Origin: an uncultured Nitrospiraceae bacterium
GTDB taxonomy: Bacteria > Hydrogenedentota > Hydrogenedentia > Hydrogenedentales > SLHB01
Length of the DNA stretch: 64,000 nt
Assembly: GCA_964632865.1 (NCBI GenBank)
Contig: CAZWDH010000002.1
Span: forward strand, 3,960 to 67,959
Direction: 5' to 3'
Shown: piece after piece, positions 62,816 to 64,000 of the stretch
Numbering within the stretch: position 1 is the stretch's first letter
Layout: every line of letters starts with the position of its first letter
Notes under the pieces: generated by a model
Databases searched by the model: none
Told to the model about the DNA's origin: nothing
Seen by the model: the letters and a program-made list of their open reading frames with translations, nothing else
Made by a program: the position numbers and the translations under genes

Positions 62816-64000
62816 TCAGGAATGGTGCGCGCGGTTGCCTCCCAAATCCCGTCCTGAACGAAGCAGTGTTTCTCGTCTGAGCCGGTAGTACGACCACGCG
62901 GCAACGCTCAGCATGAGGTATGCCAGCGCGACGCCGGGCCGTTCGATCGCGATCAGCGCCACGAATCCAATCGACGCAATTACCGTGACTACCGTGCACA
63001 GGATGAGTACCCCCGTGGGAAATCGGATATATGCCGACGCAAACGCGTCCGGGTCTCGCGCGCGCAGCCGAAGACACGCGAAGCACATGACCGACGTCAT
63101 GAGCTGAATCCCCACGGCCGCCATGTAGCCGTAAAAGTCCAGGTCGCGCTGCGTCAGCATGAGGACAACCACGAGCCCAATGAAGACGCTCAACGCCACG
63201 AGCGGCGCTTTGGCGTGAGGGGCAATCCGCGCGATACGCGAAGGCAACAGGCCGTCGCGTGCCTGGGCGTACAACTCGCGGGGAATCGCGATGGCCGCCG
63301 CGTTCAAGGATGTGAGTCCCGCCGTAACCGCCCCGAAATTCAAAAACGCGAGTAGCGCAGGCGAAAGTAACAGTGCGCCCGAAGCGCTGAGCGGGGCGTT
63401 GATCGACTCGTACGCGGCGGGATCGAATGGAAGAGAGTTGACGAAGACCATGCCGACGAGGATGTAGATCACCGCGACAAGACCGCTCCCCACAAACAAA
63501 GCCAGCGGTATGGTGCGGCGCGCATCGCGAATCTCTTCGCCCATCTCGGCCAGCACCTGGAATCCCAGGCAGGTGTTGTAACAGAGAATCACGGCGAGCA
63601 AGAATCCGCTCGCGCCTCCCCGAGGCACTACGGAAAACGCGAGATCGACCTGCGCAACGCCCGCAATGATGTATACGAGCAAGGCCGCCAGCATCTGCGC
63701 TGCCATCACAATCTGAAGTCCCATGGCAAACCGGACGCCCAGCAAGAGGATGAAATAGAAGATCGTGACCACCGCGACCGCCGCAAGATGCGGATGCGCA
63801 GCGACCGCCTTCGGCAATGGCATGTAACTGACCAGCGCCAGCGAAACGACACAGGTCGAACATGCGCCTCCCAATATCACCCATGCGGACGTGATCGTGC
63901 CCATCACGGGAGAGAGCAGCCGGCTGGCGTACAGATACCCCGCGCCCGCACGCGGCAGGGCGCTCGCCAATTGGATAAGTGGAATCGCGCCCAGCAACGA
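62816..64000 (-). CDS. APC-superfamily amino acid/polyamine permease, N-terminus beyond the window
   Basis: About 11 TMs visible. LPRAGAGYLYASR..., EMGEEIRDARRTIPLAL (compare the APC motif E..NP.R.IP.A), RELYAQARDGLLP. The frame is still open at nt 64000. Confidence 0.75.
   Translation of the reverse strand, partial: SLLGAIPLIQLASALPRAGAGYLYASRLLSPVMGTITSAWVILGGACSTCVVSLALVSYMPLPKAVAAHPHLAAVAVVTIFYFILLLGVRFAMGLQIVMAAQMLAALLVYIIAGVAQVDLAFSVVPRGGASGFLLAVILCYNTCLGFQVLAEMGEEIRDARRTIPLALFVGSGLVAVIYILVGMVFVNSLPFDPAAYESINAPLSASGALLLSPALLAFLNFGAVTAGLTSLNAAAIAIPRELYAQARDGLLPSRIARIAPHAKAPLVALSVFIGLVVVLMLTQRDLDFYGYMAAVGIQLMTSVMCFACLRLRARDPDAFASAYIRFPTGVLILCTVVTVIASIGFVALIAIERPGVALAYLMLSVAAWSYYRLRRETLLRSGRDLGGNRAHHS

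Noticed and set aside
1-64000. Searched by eye for CRISPR-like regularly spaced repeats, integrase/transposase/phage genes, toxin-antitoxin pairs and known defence-system domains.
   Set aside because: None were recognised. All ORFs over 60 aa that look real are metabolic, envelope, transport or signalling genes. The only repeat structures are the intergenic palindromic elements reported above.

Overview
A visibly GC-rich chromosomal segment with hallmarks of the PVC superphylum (Planctomycetota-like). These are a DUF1559 / H-X9-DG pseudopilin, a PSCyt-DUF1549-DUF1553 giant protein paired with DUF1501, a Pirellula/Verrucomicrobium-type heme-binding dehydrogenase, and many Tat or signal-peptide hydrolases.

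Gene content from left to right:
- a DUF4253-like gene cut by the window edge
- a membrane-anchored serpin-like gene
- a split MacAB-type tripartite efflux operon
- an 11-gene dcw cluster (mraZ-STAS-rsmH-ftsL-ftsI-murE-murF-mraY-murD-ftsW-murG)
- two tandem HD-GYP paralogs
- deoC, a divergent NRAMP-fold transporter and a penicillin/AHL-acylase family gene
- a propeller/Y_Y_Y/PAS sensor with no kinase core
- several secreted hydrolases, a glutamine-synthetase-family gene and an SDR
- an aa3-type cytochrome c oxidase operon with unusual order and small extra ORFs, preceded by a cupredoxin gene
- a GT2 / ThrC-like / binding-protein / ABC-ATPase block
- PilZ, macro domain, and a five-gene periplasmic catabolic-looking operon
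- TauE and a partial APC permease

I found no rRNA, tRNA, CRISPR array, transposase, integrase or recognisable defence/prophage module. Most of the window is ordinary core chromosome.

The observations I rate highest:
1. The dcw cluster is remodelled. A STAS gene is wedged between mraZ and rsmH, MraY carries a ~130-aa insertion in a periplasmic loop, and the cluster stops at murG and runs into two HD-GYP genes.
2. The oxidase operon carries two tightly coupled small membrane ORFs, one of them a CxxC protein, plus an upstream blue-copper protein.
3. The sensor ends in a CxxC...CxxC module.
4. A Tat leader is separated from its amidohydrolase by a single in-frame TAA.
5. Two long-armed inverted-repeat (REPIN/MITE-like) elements lie in intergenic DNA.

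All functional calls rest on motif recognition by eye; no searches were run. Hand-derived coordinates for start refinements, hairpins and repeats may be off by 1-2 nt.
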